Positions 1-9,094 of a stretch of 42,960 nucleotides of DNA are shown piece after piece (the stretch's first letter is position 1; each line of letters starts with the position of its first letter). The DNA comes from an uncultured Lachnospiraceae bacterium (GTDB lineage: Bacteria; Bacillota; Clostridia; Lachnospirales; Lachnospiraceae). The translations under genes and the position numbers were made by a program. The notes beneath the pieces were generated by a model that was not told where the DNA came from, ran no database searches, and saw nothing but the letters and a program-made list of their open reading frames with translations. The stretch is from the NCBI GenBank assembly GCA_947628025.1, contig CANQYH010000001.1, forward strand, positions 1 to 42,960, given 5' to 3'.

Positions 1-555
1 GGCGGGGGCGGCTCTTCCCGCAGCAGCTCCGGAGGCAGTTCTTCTCGCAGCAGTTCCGGAGGCAACGGTTCTGCCAGCAGCGCGGCCGGAACAGAGCAGA
101 CGGCTGCAGCAAATACGGCCCCGCTTCCGATTATTCCGACAGAGGAGATCCGTGAGGTTCTTCCGGAATATGTGGAGGTAGGAAGCTGGGAGCAGGCAGA
201 TGACGGAAGCTGGACTTTCAAGGACGAGAACGGCGAAACTTATACAAATCGTTGGGCGGCTGTGTATAATCCTTACGCTCAGACGGCTGCCGCGGATGCT
301 TTTGACTGGTTCCGTTTTGATGAAACAGGACATTTAATCACAGGATGGTACGTGGATCCGACAGACGGCTGCACCTACTATATGAATCCGCTATCGGATG
401 GAACGCAGGGACGCATGATGACCGGTTGGGTGGTTATCGACGGTAAGGAATATTATTTCAACCCCCAATCCGACGGTACCAGAGGCAGGATGTTCAGGAA
501 CGAGATGACTCCGGACGGACATTTTGTAGGACCGGACGGTGCGAAGATCAGCTGA
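1..555 (+). CDS. C-terminal part of a surface protein with a Gly/Ser-rich linker and cell-wall (choline/glucan)-binding repeats; 5' end lies outside the window
   Basis: Frame 1 is open from base 1 (GGGGSSRSSSGGSSSRSSSGG). It continues into aromatic repeats WFRFDETGHLITGW, YYMNPLSDGTQGRMMTGWVVIDGKEYYFNP and ends TPDGHFVGPDGAKI, typical of Lachnospiraceae surface proteins. Confidence 0.8.
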   Translation, partial: GGGGSSRSSSGGSSSRSSSGGNGSASSAAGTEQTAAANTAPLPIIPTEEIREVLPEYVEVGSWEQADDGSWTFKDENGETYTNRWAAVYNPYAQTAAADAFDWFRFDETGHLITGWYVDPTDGCTYYMNPLSDGTQGRMMTGWVVIDGKEYYFNPQSDGTRGRMFRNEMTPDGHFVGPDGAKIS

Positions 556-572
556 AAATCATAGGACATGAG

Positions 573-609
573 AAAAGCCGCAGGCGCGTAAAATCGCCTG
601 CGGCTTTTT
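573..609 (+). terminator. Rho-independent terminator (possibly bidirectional)
   Basis: AAAA-GCCGCAGGCG-8 nt loop-CGCCTGCGGC-TTTTT: perfect 10-bp stem shortly after the stop at 555. Confidence 0.9.
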
Positions 610-689
610 GGATCATCCATACGCCTGGCGGCCGTCAGCTGTTTGCCGGATGAATGAAAACGTTCTTTCGGGCGGGTGTTGGGTACAGC

Positions 690-718
690 TTGCCTTTTTT
701 CAAAAAATATGTTATCAT
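690..718 (+). promoter_or_regulatory. sigma-A promoter for queT
   Basis: TTGCCT (690-695), 17-bp spacer, extended -10 TGtTATCAT (710-718). Confidence 0.65.
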
Positions 719-787
719 ACCCCTCGTACCAAGGTCGCGGGAAAGCCGGATCTTATCAGCAGGATCCGAAATTCCCCAAAGCAGGCC

Positions 788-830
788 GGTGAGTTCGAGA
801 CCTTCCTCACCTAAAACAAAACTAAAGGAG
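788..830 (+). ncRNA. preQ1-I riboswitch (translational, overlapping the RBS)
   Basis: Stem GGTGAG (788-793)/CTCACC (806-811), loop TTCGAGACCTTC and A-rich tail TAAAACAAAACTAA running into AGGAG. It lies directly upstream of a QueT-family gene and matches class I preQ1 architecture. Confidence 0.85.
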
Positions 831-838
831 AATGTACC

Positions 839-1354
839 ATGAAAAATGCAAAAAGCGGGACCGTATATTTTATGGTCCAGGCTGCGGCGATCGCGGCCAT
901 CTATGTCGTAGTGACGGGAATGATCGCGCCCATTGCGTTTGGGCCGATCCAGTTCCGTATCTCGGAAGCGCTGTGCGTACTGCCTTATTTTACGCCGGCC
1001 GCGATCCCGGGCGTGACCATCGGGTGCTTTCTGTCCAATACGCTGTTTGGTTCGGCGGCACTGGATATCGTGTTCGGTACGCTGGCTACGCTGATCGGAG
1101 CGGCGGGTTCCTGGGCGCTGCGGAAGAATAAATGGATGGTGTGCGTGCCGCCGGTCGTGTCCAATACCGTAATCATACCGTGGGTGCAGCGTTACGCCTA
1201 CGGCGCGGAAGACCTGATCCCGGTGATGATGGTGACGGTAGGGATCGCAGAGATATTGGCCATCGGCGTGCTGGGGAATCTTTTGCTGGCGGCGCTGGAG
1301 AAATATCGCGGGATCATTTTCGGGCGCGAGAGCGCGGCGGCGTATAAACAGTAA
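839..1354 (+). CDS. queT: QueT-family queuosine-precursor transporter (ECF S-component)
   Basis: Hydrophobic 171-aa protein with AAIAAIYVV, FGPIQFRISEAL, AIPGVTIGCFLSN and DIVFGTLAT motifs; preQ1 riboswitch upstream. Confidence 0.9.
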   Translation: MKNAKSGTVYFMVQAAAIAAIYVVVTGMIAPIAFGPIQFRISEALCVLPYFTPAAIPGVTIGCFLSNTLFGSAALDIVFGTLATLIGAAGSWALRKNKWMVCVPPVVSNTVIIPWVQRYAYGAEDLIPVMMVTVGIAEILAIGVLGNLLLAALEKYRGIIFGRESAAAYKQ

Positions 1355-1445
1355 GATCAGCTGGCGCCGGTATGGTTTACATAAAAATTGCATATGCGCG
1401 GAAGCGACGTAAGACAAAACAGAATATAAGAAGACGTTATGACTT

Positions 1446-1482
1446 CAGGCGGTGGAAGATCATTCTGCCGCCTGTTTTTTAT
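1446..1482 (+). terminator. Rho-independent terminator after queT
   Basis: CAGGCGGTGGA-loop-TCTGCCGCCTG hairpin followed by TTTTTT. Confidence 0.75.
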
Positions 1483-1684
1483 TGCAAAGCAGCGGCCGGA
1501 AAGAACTGTTTGCAGAGGGCGGCGGAAGCGCCGGATGAAACGGAAAGCAAATGAAAGACACGGCTGAAAATCATTGTCGGTGACAGGCTGTTTGTACTAT
1601 AATAAATAATGAGGAAGAAAGCATTGACTTTGTGTCCGAAAAGCGGTAAAAGTAAGGAAGTTTAAGTCGAAAAGGTGGGGCATT

Positions 1685-3064
1685 ATGTATCAGATCAATT
1701 TTAATAAACCGGAACATGTGCATTTTATCGGCATTGGCGGGATCAGCATGAGCGGGCTGGCGGAGATCCTCCTGGACGAGGGGTTTACGGTGTCCGGGTC
1801 GGACGCGCATCGTTCGGAACTGACGGAGCTTCTGGAAAAGAAAGGCGCGACGGTGTTTTACGGACAGCAGGCCTCCAATATCATCGACGGGATCCGGGTG
1901 GTCGTCTATACGGCGGCGGTTCATCCGGATAATCCGGAGCTGATGGAGGCGGAGAGGAAAGGCCTGCCGGTTCTGACCAGGGCGGAACTTTTGGGTCAGA
2001 TGATGAAAAATTACCGTTACGCGATCGGGATTGCGGGAACTCACGGGAAGACGACGACCACTTCGATGGTGACGGAGATTTTGCTGGCGGCAGACGCGAA
2101 CCCGACCGTGACCGTAGGGGGGATCCTGAATTCGATCGGGGGCAATTTCCGATTAGGCGGGTCGGAGATCTTCGTGACGGAAGCCTGCGAATATACGAAT
2201 AGTTTTCTATCATTTTTTCCGAATATGGAGATTATCCTGAATGTGGAAGAGGACCATCTGGATTTCTTCAAGGATATCAAGGATATTCGGACGTCTTTCC
2301 GGAAATTTGCGGAGAAAGTGCCGGAGGACGGCCTGGTGATCATGGGCGCGGACACGGCCTGTTGGGAACGGATCGTGGAGGGATTAAAGTGCAAAGTCGT
2401 CACGTTCGGCAGGAATCCTGGGGCAGACTATCAGGCGGAAAACATTTCCTTTGACGAATATGTACGGGGCAGCTTTGAGGTGATCGCGGATGGCGAAAAT
2501 CTGGGCCGGGTCACGCTGAACGTTCCGGGAGAGCATAATGTTTATAACGCTTTGGCGGCAATCGCTCTCTGCCGCGCGCTGGGCGTCGATATGGAGACGA
2601 TCCGGAAAGGGCTGGAGCATTTTACGGGCACGAACCGGCGGTTTGAGAAAAAGGGCGAGGTCTGCGGTGTGACGGTCATCGATGATTACGCTCATCATCC
2701 CAACGAGATCGCGGCGACGCTGGCGGCGGCGCGGCGCTATCCCCACCGAAAGCTGTGGTGCGTGTTCCAGCCGCATACGTATACCAGGACAAAAGCGTTT
2801 CTGGACCAGTTCGCGGAAGCGCTGGCGGCGGCGGACGAGGTGGTGCTGGCGGACATTTACGCGGCCAGGGAAACAGATACGTTGGGCATCAATTCCGGAG
2901 ACATCGCGGAGCGGATCGAGGCCCGGGGGACCAAAGCCCATTATCTGGGGAGTTTTGACGAGATCGAAAAATTTATTTTGGAAAATTGTGTTCACGGGGA
3001 CCTGTTGATAACTATGGGCGCCGGAGATATCGTAAAAGTGGGAGAAAATCTGCTGGGAATATAA
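1685..3064 (+). CDS. murC: UDP-N-acetylmuramate--L-alanine ligase
   Basis: HFIGIGGISMSGLA, AGTHGKTTTT P-loop, VTEACEY and DDYAHHP..FQPHTYTRT motifs. Confidence 0.97.
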   Translation: MYQINFNKPEHVHFIGIGGISMSGLAEILLDEGFTVSGSDAHRSELTELLEKKGATVFYGQQASNIIDGIRVVVYTAAVHPDNPELMEAERKGLPVLTRAELLGQMMKNYRYAIGIAGTHGKTTTTSMVTEILLAADANPTVTVGGILNSIGGNFRLGGSEIFVTEACEYTNSFLSFFPNMEIILNVEEDHLDFFKDIKDIRTSFRKFAEKVPEDGLVIMGADTACWERIVEGLKCKVVTFGRNPGADYQAENISFDEYVRGSFEVIADGENLGRVTLNVPGEHNVYNALAAIALCRALGVDMETIRKGLEHFTGTNRRFEKKGEVCGVTVIDDYAHHPNEIAATLAAARRYPHRKLWCVFQPHTYTRTKAFLDQFAEALAAADEVVLADIYAARETDTLGINSGDIAERIEARGTKAHYLGSFDEIEKFILENCVHGDLLITMGAGDIVKVGENLLGI

Positions 3065-3065
3065 T

Positions 3066-3247
3066 TTATCCACATTATCCACATAGTTTTCAACAAAATG
3101 TTGAGGAAAACTATGTGGATTTTTTGATTTACATAATTAAGTTATCCACTGATCTGCGGATGGTGATTTTATATGGAAAATCGCTGGTTTCGACAAAATT
3201 CGCAGGGTTATGTAGACCGATTGTCCACATTATCCACATTGTCCACA
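3066..3247. promoter_or_regulatory. DnaA-box cluster between murC and dnaD
   Basis: Perfect TTATCCACA at 3066-3074, 3075-3083 and 3230-3238. One-mismatch boxes: TTTTCAACA 3087-3095, TTATCCACT 3142-3150, TTGTCCACA 3221-3229 and 3239-3247. Weaker reverse box TGTGGATTT at 3114-3122. Confidence 0.88.
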
Positions 3248-3337
3248 TAGGGCAGGATGGGAAAAGCGCCCCTATTTTCTTTTTCGGAAAGATGTGGTAT
3301 GATAAGACAAGAGAGAAAAAGCGGGGAGAGAAGCGAT

Positions 3338-4642
3338 ATGAGGAGCAGTTTTACGATACAGGCTACGCAGGTGGCGAACGAGTTTATCGATCATTATATG
3401 GCGGCGGCGAACGGCGAATATGTGAAAGTATACCTGTATTTGCTGCGGCACCAGGACCGTGCGGTGACCGAGATCGAGATCGCAGATGCTCTGAATGATA
3501 CGGAGTCGGATATCCGCAGGGCGATCGCCTATTGGGAGAAGATGGGCGTGCTTCTGAGCAGGCGGAAAGAGGATGCGGACCGGGCAGGTGCGAAGAGACT
3601 CTCCTCGGAAGACGAGATTGGAAGCGCTTTAGGGACAGCCGTGGCTGGCACAGCGCAGACAAATGCGGAGAGCAGGGATCCCGGCGCGGCCGGACGACCG
3701 GAAAAAGGGACAGATTCCGGGGTATCTGCGGAGACGGGGACGCGTGCGGCAAAGAAGTCCGCGGAAACAGGAAAGACGGGCGGTTCAGAGACGGCCGGCG
3801 CTTCGGAGAGCGGGTCCGCCGCTTCCGCCGTGGCTGCCTCCAGGATCCCCGCGGAACGGCCGTATTATACCCCGGAGCAGGTGAAGAAATTGTCCGAAGA
3901 AGAGGAAGAATTTACCCAGCTTCTCTACATAGCCCAGAAATATCTGAATAAAGTGTTCACGCCGCGGGAGTGCGAGGTATTCGCCTATCTGTACGATGGA
4001 CTACGCATACCCGGAGAACTCCTGGAATATCTGGTGGAATACTGCGTCCAGGGCGGGCATACCAGCATCCGTTACCTGGAGACGGTAGGTATCAACTGGC
4101 ACGAGAGGGGTATCCATACGGTGGAGATGGCCAAGCAGTATACGGCCTCCTGCTCGTCAGAGGGTTTTGCGGTCATGCGGGCGTTCGGGTTGAGCGACCG
4201 GCGGCCGGGCGATTCGGAGATGGAGATGATCCGCCGTTGGTTCCGGGAATGGGGCTTTACGAAAGAACTGGTGCTGGAAGCCTGCGGCAGGACGCTGAAA
4301 GCCACGAACAAGCCCAGTTTCGCCTATGCGGATAAGATCCTGATGGAGTGGAAGAAAGCGAAGGTCCGCACGATGGAGGATCTGCGGAAGCTGGATGAGC
4401 AGCGCGCTGCGGCAGGCGGCGGCGCCGGGCAGCAGGGAGCCCCAAATATTTCCGGTGGCCGGCAGCAGGACGGCCGGGAGCAGAAATCCGCGGGCGCGCG
4501 GACAGCGGTCCAGAGCGGTAAAAGCGGCGGAAAAAACCGGTTCCACAATTATGAACAGAGGGACACGAATTACGACGCTCTGGCATTAAAGCAGTTAAAA
4601 GAACGTCTGGGCGGACAGCAGACCGCCGATGGCGCGCAGTAG
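3338..4642 (+). CDS. dnaD: DnaD/DnaB_2-domain replication initiation protein
   Basis: N-terminal VANEFIDHYMAAANGEYVKVYLYLLR, low-complexity linker, two DnaD-like repeats (ELLEYLVEYC..SIRYLETVGINW; ELVLEACGRT..SFAYADKILMEW) and C-terminal NRFHNYEQR. Start set at ATG 3338, after GGGGAG and the extended -10 TGgTATGAT (3295-3303). Confidence 0.85.
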   Translation: MRSSFTIQATQVANEFIDHYMAAANGEYVKVYLYLLRHQDRAVTEIEIADALNDTESDIRRAIAYWEKMGVLLSRRKEDADRAGAKRLSSEDEIGSALGTAVAGTAQTNAESRDPGAAGRPEKGTDSGVSAETGTRAAKKSAETGKTGGSETAGASESGSAASAVAASRIPAERPYYTPEQVKKLSEEEEEFTQLLYIAQKYLNKVFTPRECEVFAYLYDGLRIPGELLEYLVEYCVQGGHTSIRYLETVGINWHERGIHTVEMAKQYTASCSSEGFAVMRAFGLSDRRPGDSEMEMIRRWFREWGFTKELVLEACGRTLKATNKPSFAYADKILMEWKKAKVRTMEDLRKLDEQRAAAGGGAGQQGAPNISGGRQQDGREQKSAGARTAVQSGKSGGKNRFHNYEQRDTNYDALALKQLKERLGGQQTADGAQ

Positions 4643-4654
4643 AGGGGAGGTCAT

Positions 4655-5638
4655 ATGTCGTTAAGCAATTCGCAGTATCAGGCCATCATGAGGATATACA
4701 ATGAACGGCAGTACCAGGACAAGCACGATCTGGATCTGCGGAGGCAGGAGATCTACGGGACGCTGCCGGAGGTGAAGCGGCTGGAAGACGAGCTGGCTTC
4801 CTGGGCAGTGGAGTGTGCGAAGCGTATTCTGGACGGAGACGCGACAGCCAGGGAGGCCATGCGCGCCCGCAGGGAGGAGCTGAGCCGCCGGAAGAAGGAA
4901 CTGCTGACGGCCCACGGCTATGCGGAGGACGATCTGGAGATGCGCTACCATTGTCCGGAATGTCAGGATACGGGATATGTGGATGGACAAAAGTGCCGCT
5001 GCTTTGTGAAAGAGCAGGTGAAGCTCCTTTATGCTCAGTCCAATATCGAGGACATATTGAACCGGGAAAATTTTTCCACGTTTTCGTTTGACGTCTATGA
5101 CGATCGGGAGCTGATCCCGGAGCTGGGGATGACCGTGGCCGATTATATGAAGCGGGTCTACGGATGGTGCCGGGATTATGTGGAAAATTTTTCGAAACAG
5201 GCGGGGAGTCTGCTTTTTACCGGCGGCGTCGGCGTGGGCAAGACATTTTTGACGAACTGTATCGCCAGGGAGCTGATCGACCGCTGTCAGTCGGTGATCT
5301 ATCTGTCGGCCAATGACCTGGTGGATATATTTTCCAGGAACAAATTTCACTATGAGACAGAAGAAGAGATGCGGGACATGTACCAGTATCTGCTGGACTG
5401 CGACCTGCTGATCATCGACGATCTGGGGACGGAGCTGAACAACAGCTTTGTGTCTTCGCAGCTTTTCTATTGCATCAATGAACGGCTGGTGCGCAGGAAA
5501 GGCACGATCATTTCCACGAACCTTTCCATCGGTATGATCCGGGACACGTATTCGGAACGCGTCTCGTCGCGCCTCGTCAGCAGTTACGAGATCATACCCC
5601 TGTATGGGGATGATATCCGCACAAAAGGCAGAAGATAA
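4655..5638 (+). CDS. dnaC: DnaC/DnaI-like AAA+ helicase loader
   Basis: Zn motif CPECQDTGY..KCRC, Walker A GGVGVGKT, Walker B LLIIDDLGTE and TIISTNLS; directly follows dnaD. Confidence 0.85.
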   Translation: MSLSNSQYQAIMRIYNERQYQDKHDLDLRRQEIYGTLPEVKRLEDELASWAVECAKRILDGDATAREAMRARREELSRRKKELLTAHGYAEDDLEMRYHCPECQDTGYVDGQKCRCFVKEQVKLLYAQSNIEDILNRENFSTFSFDVYDDRELIPELGMTVADYMKRVYGWCRDYVENFSKQAGSLLFTGGVGVGKTFLTNCIARELIDRCQSVIYLSANDLVDIFSRNKFHYETEEEMRDMYQYLLDCDLLIIDDLGTELNNSFVSSQLFYCINERLVRRKGTIISTNLSIGMIRDTYSERVSSRLVSSYEIIPLYGDDIRTKGRR

Positions 5639-5640
5639 TC

Positions 5641-5669
5641 TTGACGAAAGTGCCGCAGAATGGTATAAA
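5641..5669 (+). promoter_or_regulatory. sigma-A promoter for prs
   Basis: TTGACG (5641-5646), 17-bp spacer, extended -10 TGgTATAAA (5661-5669). Confidence 0.75.
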
Positions 5670-5711
5670 GAATACGTCATAGACTGCTGCACACACCATA
5701 TGGAGGAAAAG

Positions 5712-6902
5712 ATGATATACGAAGAAAAGACCATTGAGACGATTCCGGTGGGTCCGTTGGGACTGGTTCCGCTTCGCAGTATCAGGAATCTGGGAGAAAA
5801 GGTGAACGATTATCTGGTCACCTGGAGACATGAGAGAGAAAGTGAGCACAAGTCGACGATCGCGTTTGCGGGCTACCAGAGAGATTCTTACATCATCGAA
5901 AGCCGCACGCCCCGGTTTGGCACCGGCGAAGCAAAAGGGACGATCGAAGAATCTGTCCGCGGCGACGATCTGTATATCATGGTGGATGTCTGCAATTACA
6001 GTCTGACCTATTCGCTGTGCGGACAGATCAACCATATGTCCCCTGACGATCATTTCCAGGATCTGAAGAGAGTGATCGCGGCGGCGGCAGGCAAGGCCCG
6101 CAGGATCAATGTGATCATGCCGTTTTTGTATGAGGGACGCCAGCACAAGCGTTCCGGCAGAGAGTCGTTGGACTGCGCGCTGGCTTTGCAGGAGCTGGCA
6201 AATATGGGCGTAGAGAATATCATTACGTTTGACGCCCATGATCCGCGTGTGCAGAATGCGATCCCGGAGATCGGTTTTGAGACGGTGACGCCGATCTATC
6301 AATTCATCAAATATCTGCTGAAAGAGGAAAAAGAGCTGCAGATCGACAGCGATCATATGATGGTGATCAGTCCGGACGAGGGCGGCATGACCCGCGCCGT
6401 GTATTTTGCCAATGTCCTGGGACTGGATATGGGCATGTTCTATAAGCGCCGCGACTATACCCGAATCGTAAACGGCCGCAACCCGATCGTGGCCCATGAG
6501 TTTTTGGGCTCCGACGTGGAGGGCAAGGATGTGCTGATCATCGACGATATGATCTCTTCGGGCGAAAGTATCCTGGACGTGGCGAAAGAGTTGAAGCGCA
6601 GAAAAGCCCGGAAAGTATTCGCCTGCGCGACCTTTGGCCTGTTTACCAACGGACTGGGGCAGTTCGACAAATATTATGAGGACGGATTGCTTGACCGGAT
6701 GCTGACGACGAACCTGGTCTACCAGACGCCGGAGCTTCTGTCCAAGCCTTATTATATCAATGTGGACATGAGCAAATATATTGCGCTGATCATTGACAAT
6801 CTGAATCATGACGCGTCCCTGAGCGAGCTGCTGAACCCGACCAAGAGGATCAATCGCCTGCTGACTACGTACCGCAGTCAGTATGAGACGGCGAAAAGCT
6901 GA
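5712..6902 (+). CDS. prs: Ribose-phosphate pyrophosphokinase
   Basis: RFGTGE, MPFLYEGRQHKR, ITFDAH, ISPDEGG and PRPP-binding VLIIDDMISSGES motifs. Start set at ATG 5712 after GGAGG. Confidence 0.95.
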   Translation: MIYEEKTIETIPVGPLGLVPLRSIRNLGEKVNDYLVTWRHERESEHKSTIAFAGYQRDSYIIESRTPRFGTGEAKGTIEESVRGDDLYIMVDVCNYSLTYSLCGQINHMSPDDHFQDLKRVIAAAAGKARRINVIMPFLYEGRQHKRSGRESLDCALALQELANMGVENIITFDAHDPRVQNAIPEIGFETVTPIYQFIKYLLKEEKELQIDSDHMMVISPDEGGMTRAVYFANVLGLDMGMFYKRRDYTRIVNGRNPIVAHEFLGSDVEGKDVLIIDDMISSGESILDVAKELKRRKARKVFACATFGLFTNGLGQFDKYYEDGLLDRMLTTNLVYQTPELLSKPYYINVDMSKYIALIIDNLNHDASLSELLNPTKRINRLLTTYRSQYETAKS

Positions 6903-6950
6903 CGGCCGGCTGCGTTTGGCCGGGCGATCATGGTTGTGACGCCGGGCGAT

Positions 6951-8363
6951 TTATGCGTTTGCTGACCGGGACAGCGTAAAGATAAATTCTGTCCCGACTC
7001 CCTCGGTGCTGACTACGTCGATGGTCTCGCCGTGATTCTGAATAATCTCTTTTACGATCGACAGACCCAGACCTGTCCCCTTTTTATCTTTTCCGCGGGA
7101 CAGGTCTGTTTTGTAAAACCGTTCCCATATCTTCTTTAAACTGTCGCGGGGGATGCCGATGCCGGTATCTTTCACGGAGACAAAAACTTTTTCATAACGG
7201 ATCGAGGTCTGGATGTAGATCGTGGAATCCGGATGGCTGAATTTGATGGCGTTGTCGATCAGATTGTAGAGTACCTGCTGGATCTCGCCCAGATCCGCGT
7301 AGACCATGGTGGAGGTTTCAGAAAAAGTCAGATCCAGGATGATATTTTTGGCGTTGCAGGTGCCTTCGAAACTGGCGGCGGTGTCTTTGATGACCCGGTT
7401 GATATCGAAGTCGCTGCGGGAGAGCTGGCCTTTCTGGTCCAGGGAATTCAAAGTCAGGAGCCCCTGGGTCAGTTTGTTTAGGCGCTCGGTCTCCGAGATC
7501 ACCAGATGCAGATATTTGTTCTGAAGTTCCGGCGGGATCGTGCCGTCCAGAATGGCCTCCAGGTAACCTTTGATCGAGGTCAGGGGCGAGCGGAAGTCAT
7601 GGGAAACGTTGGCGATAAATTTTTTCTGATATTCGTCCCCTTTATCCAGCTTATCGGACATATAATTCAGCGTGAGCGCCAGGTATCCGATCTCGTCCTG
7701 GGTCCGCAGATTCAGCCTGTGTTTCAGATGTCCCTCCGCGTACTGGTTCGCGGCCGCGGTGATTTTTTTCAGCGGAAAATAGACCGTCACCGTGAATACC
7801 AGCAGGATGATCAGGGACAGGCTGAATATGATGCAGAACGTGATATAAAGGATATTTAAGACCTGGTCGCGGATACGGACGATCTCGCTGATGGGCAGGT
7901 GGATCAGTACGTATCCGTGGGTCATGTAATTGCCTGTGATCGGCGCGCAGACGCTTAAAACTTTCCCGCCAAAGCTGTGGTTGTAATCGCCTACGTAGTA
8001 GTTCTGGTTGCCGGTAAACGTGGGATCGAAATCGTCGATCTGCATGGAGACCCGAACTCCCTGCGCGCTGTCCTCGACGACGGTTCCCTGATTATCCACG
8101 ATCCAGATCTCCGTATGGAGGTAAGCCGAAACCGCTTCGACCAGGGACTGGGTATCGCTCTGGGCGGGCGCGACGCCCCGGTAGATGCTGCTGTAGCGGG
8201 ACGCCAGCAGATTGGCCTCGTCATAAAGCGCCTCCGCCCGGGTGGACAGAAGCAAATGATAGGTCCAGGCGGAGGATACCGTGGCAATGAGGGCGAAGCT
8301 CAAAATGCCGAACACCAGGTATCCAAAGATGAATTTGTAGTAAAGGGAGTGCCATCTGTTCAA
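6951..8363 (-). CDS. Two-component sensor histidine kinase (two TM helices, HAMP, HisKA, HATPase)
   Basis: H-box ANVSHDFRSPLTSI, N-box NLIDNAIKFS, G-boxes DTGIGI and GTGLGLSIV. TTG start overlaps the regulator stop. Confidence 0.95.
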   Translation of the reverse strand: MNRWHSLYYKFIFGYLVFGILSFALIATVSSAWTYHLLLSTRAEALYDEANLLASRYSSIYRGVAPAQSDTQSLVEAVSAYLHTEIWIVDNQGTVVEDSAQGVRVSMQIDDFDPTFTGNQNYYVGDYNHSFGGKVLSVCAPITGNYMTHGYVLIHLPISEIVRIRDQVLNILYITFCIIFSLSLIILLVFTVTVYFPLKKITAAANQYAEGHLKHRLNLRTQDEIGYLALTLNYMSDKLDKGDEYQKKFIANVSHDFRSPLTSIKGYLEAILDGTIPPELQNKYLHLVISETERLNKLTQGLLTLNSLDQKGQLSRSDFDINRVIKDTAASFEGTCNAKNIILDLTFSETSTMVYADLGEIQQVLYNLIDNAIKFSHPDSTIYIQTSIRYEKVFVSVKDTGIGIPRDSLKKIWERFYKTDLSRGKDKKGTGLGLSIVKEIIQNHGETIDVVSTEGVGTEFIFTLSRSANA

Positions 8364-9076
8364 CGCTTCACCTCAAATTTATAGCCGATCCCCCATACGG
8401 TGGAGAGGGCCCAGTATTCGTTGTCCTTGATCTTCTCGCGGAGGCGTTTGATATGTACGTCCACGGTGCGGGTGTCGCCGATGTATTCGTAGCCCCAGAT
8501 GTGGTCCAGCAGCTGTTCCCTGGTGAAGACCTGGTTGGGAGAGGACGCCAGGAAATAGAGCAGTTCCAGTTCTTTCGGGGGCATGTCCACGGAACGGCCC
8601 TTGTAGGTAACCGAGTAGTTGGTCAGATTGACGATCAGGTTCGGATATTCCACGTAATTGCCCTGCTGATCCGCGCTCGGAGCCGGGGCCGTCACGGTGG
8701 GAGGAGCCTGGTAACGGCGCAGCACGGCCTTTACCCGGGCGACCAGTTCTTTGGAATCGAACGGTTTGATCATATAATCGTCGGCGCCCAGCTCCAGTCC
8801 CAGCACTTTGTCGAAGATCTCTCCTTTGGCGGAGAGCATGATGATGGGCACCTGGGAGGAAGCGCGCAGTTCCCGGCAGACCTGGTAACCGTCGATGCCG
8901 GGAAGCATCAGATCCAGCAGTATGATATGCGGACGGAAGATCGGGAATATCTTCAGCGCTTCCTCGCCGTCCAGCACGATCCGGGTCTCGTAGCACTCCT
9001 TGGTCAGATAGAGAGATATGAGTTCCGCGATGTTGGCGTCGTCGTCAACGATCAGCACTCTTTGTTTTTCAGCCAT
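8360..9076 (-). CDS. OmpR/PhoB-family response regulator
   Basis: LIVDDD, LLDLMLPGIDG, GADDYMIKPF receiver motifs and winged helix RTVDVHIKRLREKI..TVWGIGYKF. Confidence 0.96.
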   Translation of the reverse strand: MAEKQRVLIVDDDANIAELISLYLTKECYETRIVLDGEEALKIFPIFRPHIILLDLMLPGIDGYQVCRELRASSQVPIIMLSAKGEIFDKVLGLELGADDYMIKPFDSKELVARVKAVLRRYQAPPTVTAPAPSADQQGNYVEYPNLIVNLTNYSVTYKGRSVDMPPKELELLYFLASSPNQVFTREQLLDHIWGYEYIGDTRTVDVHIKRLREKIKDNEYWALSTVWGIGYKFEVKR

Positions 9077-9094
9077 GGATCAATCTCCTTTTTG

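Noticed and set aside
10-63. Imperfect 27-nt tandem repeat
   Set aside because: It simply encodes the Gly/Ser/Arg linker of the surface protein; two copies only, not a CRISPR or regulatory array.
788-1354. Functional link between queT/preQ1 salvage and the Dpd-like genes (7-deazaguanine supply)
   Set aside because: queT lies in GC-rich housekeeping DNA about 15 kb outside the island, and the island has no dpdA transglycosylase or que genes to use the precursor. Most likely coincidence.
3066-3247. Calling the DnaA-box cluster oriC
   Set aside because: No dnaA, dnaN, rpmH or gidA context, and GC skew cannot be assessed from this window. Reported as a regulatory cluster only.
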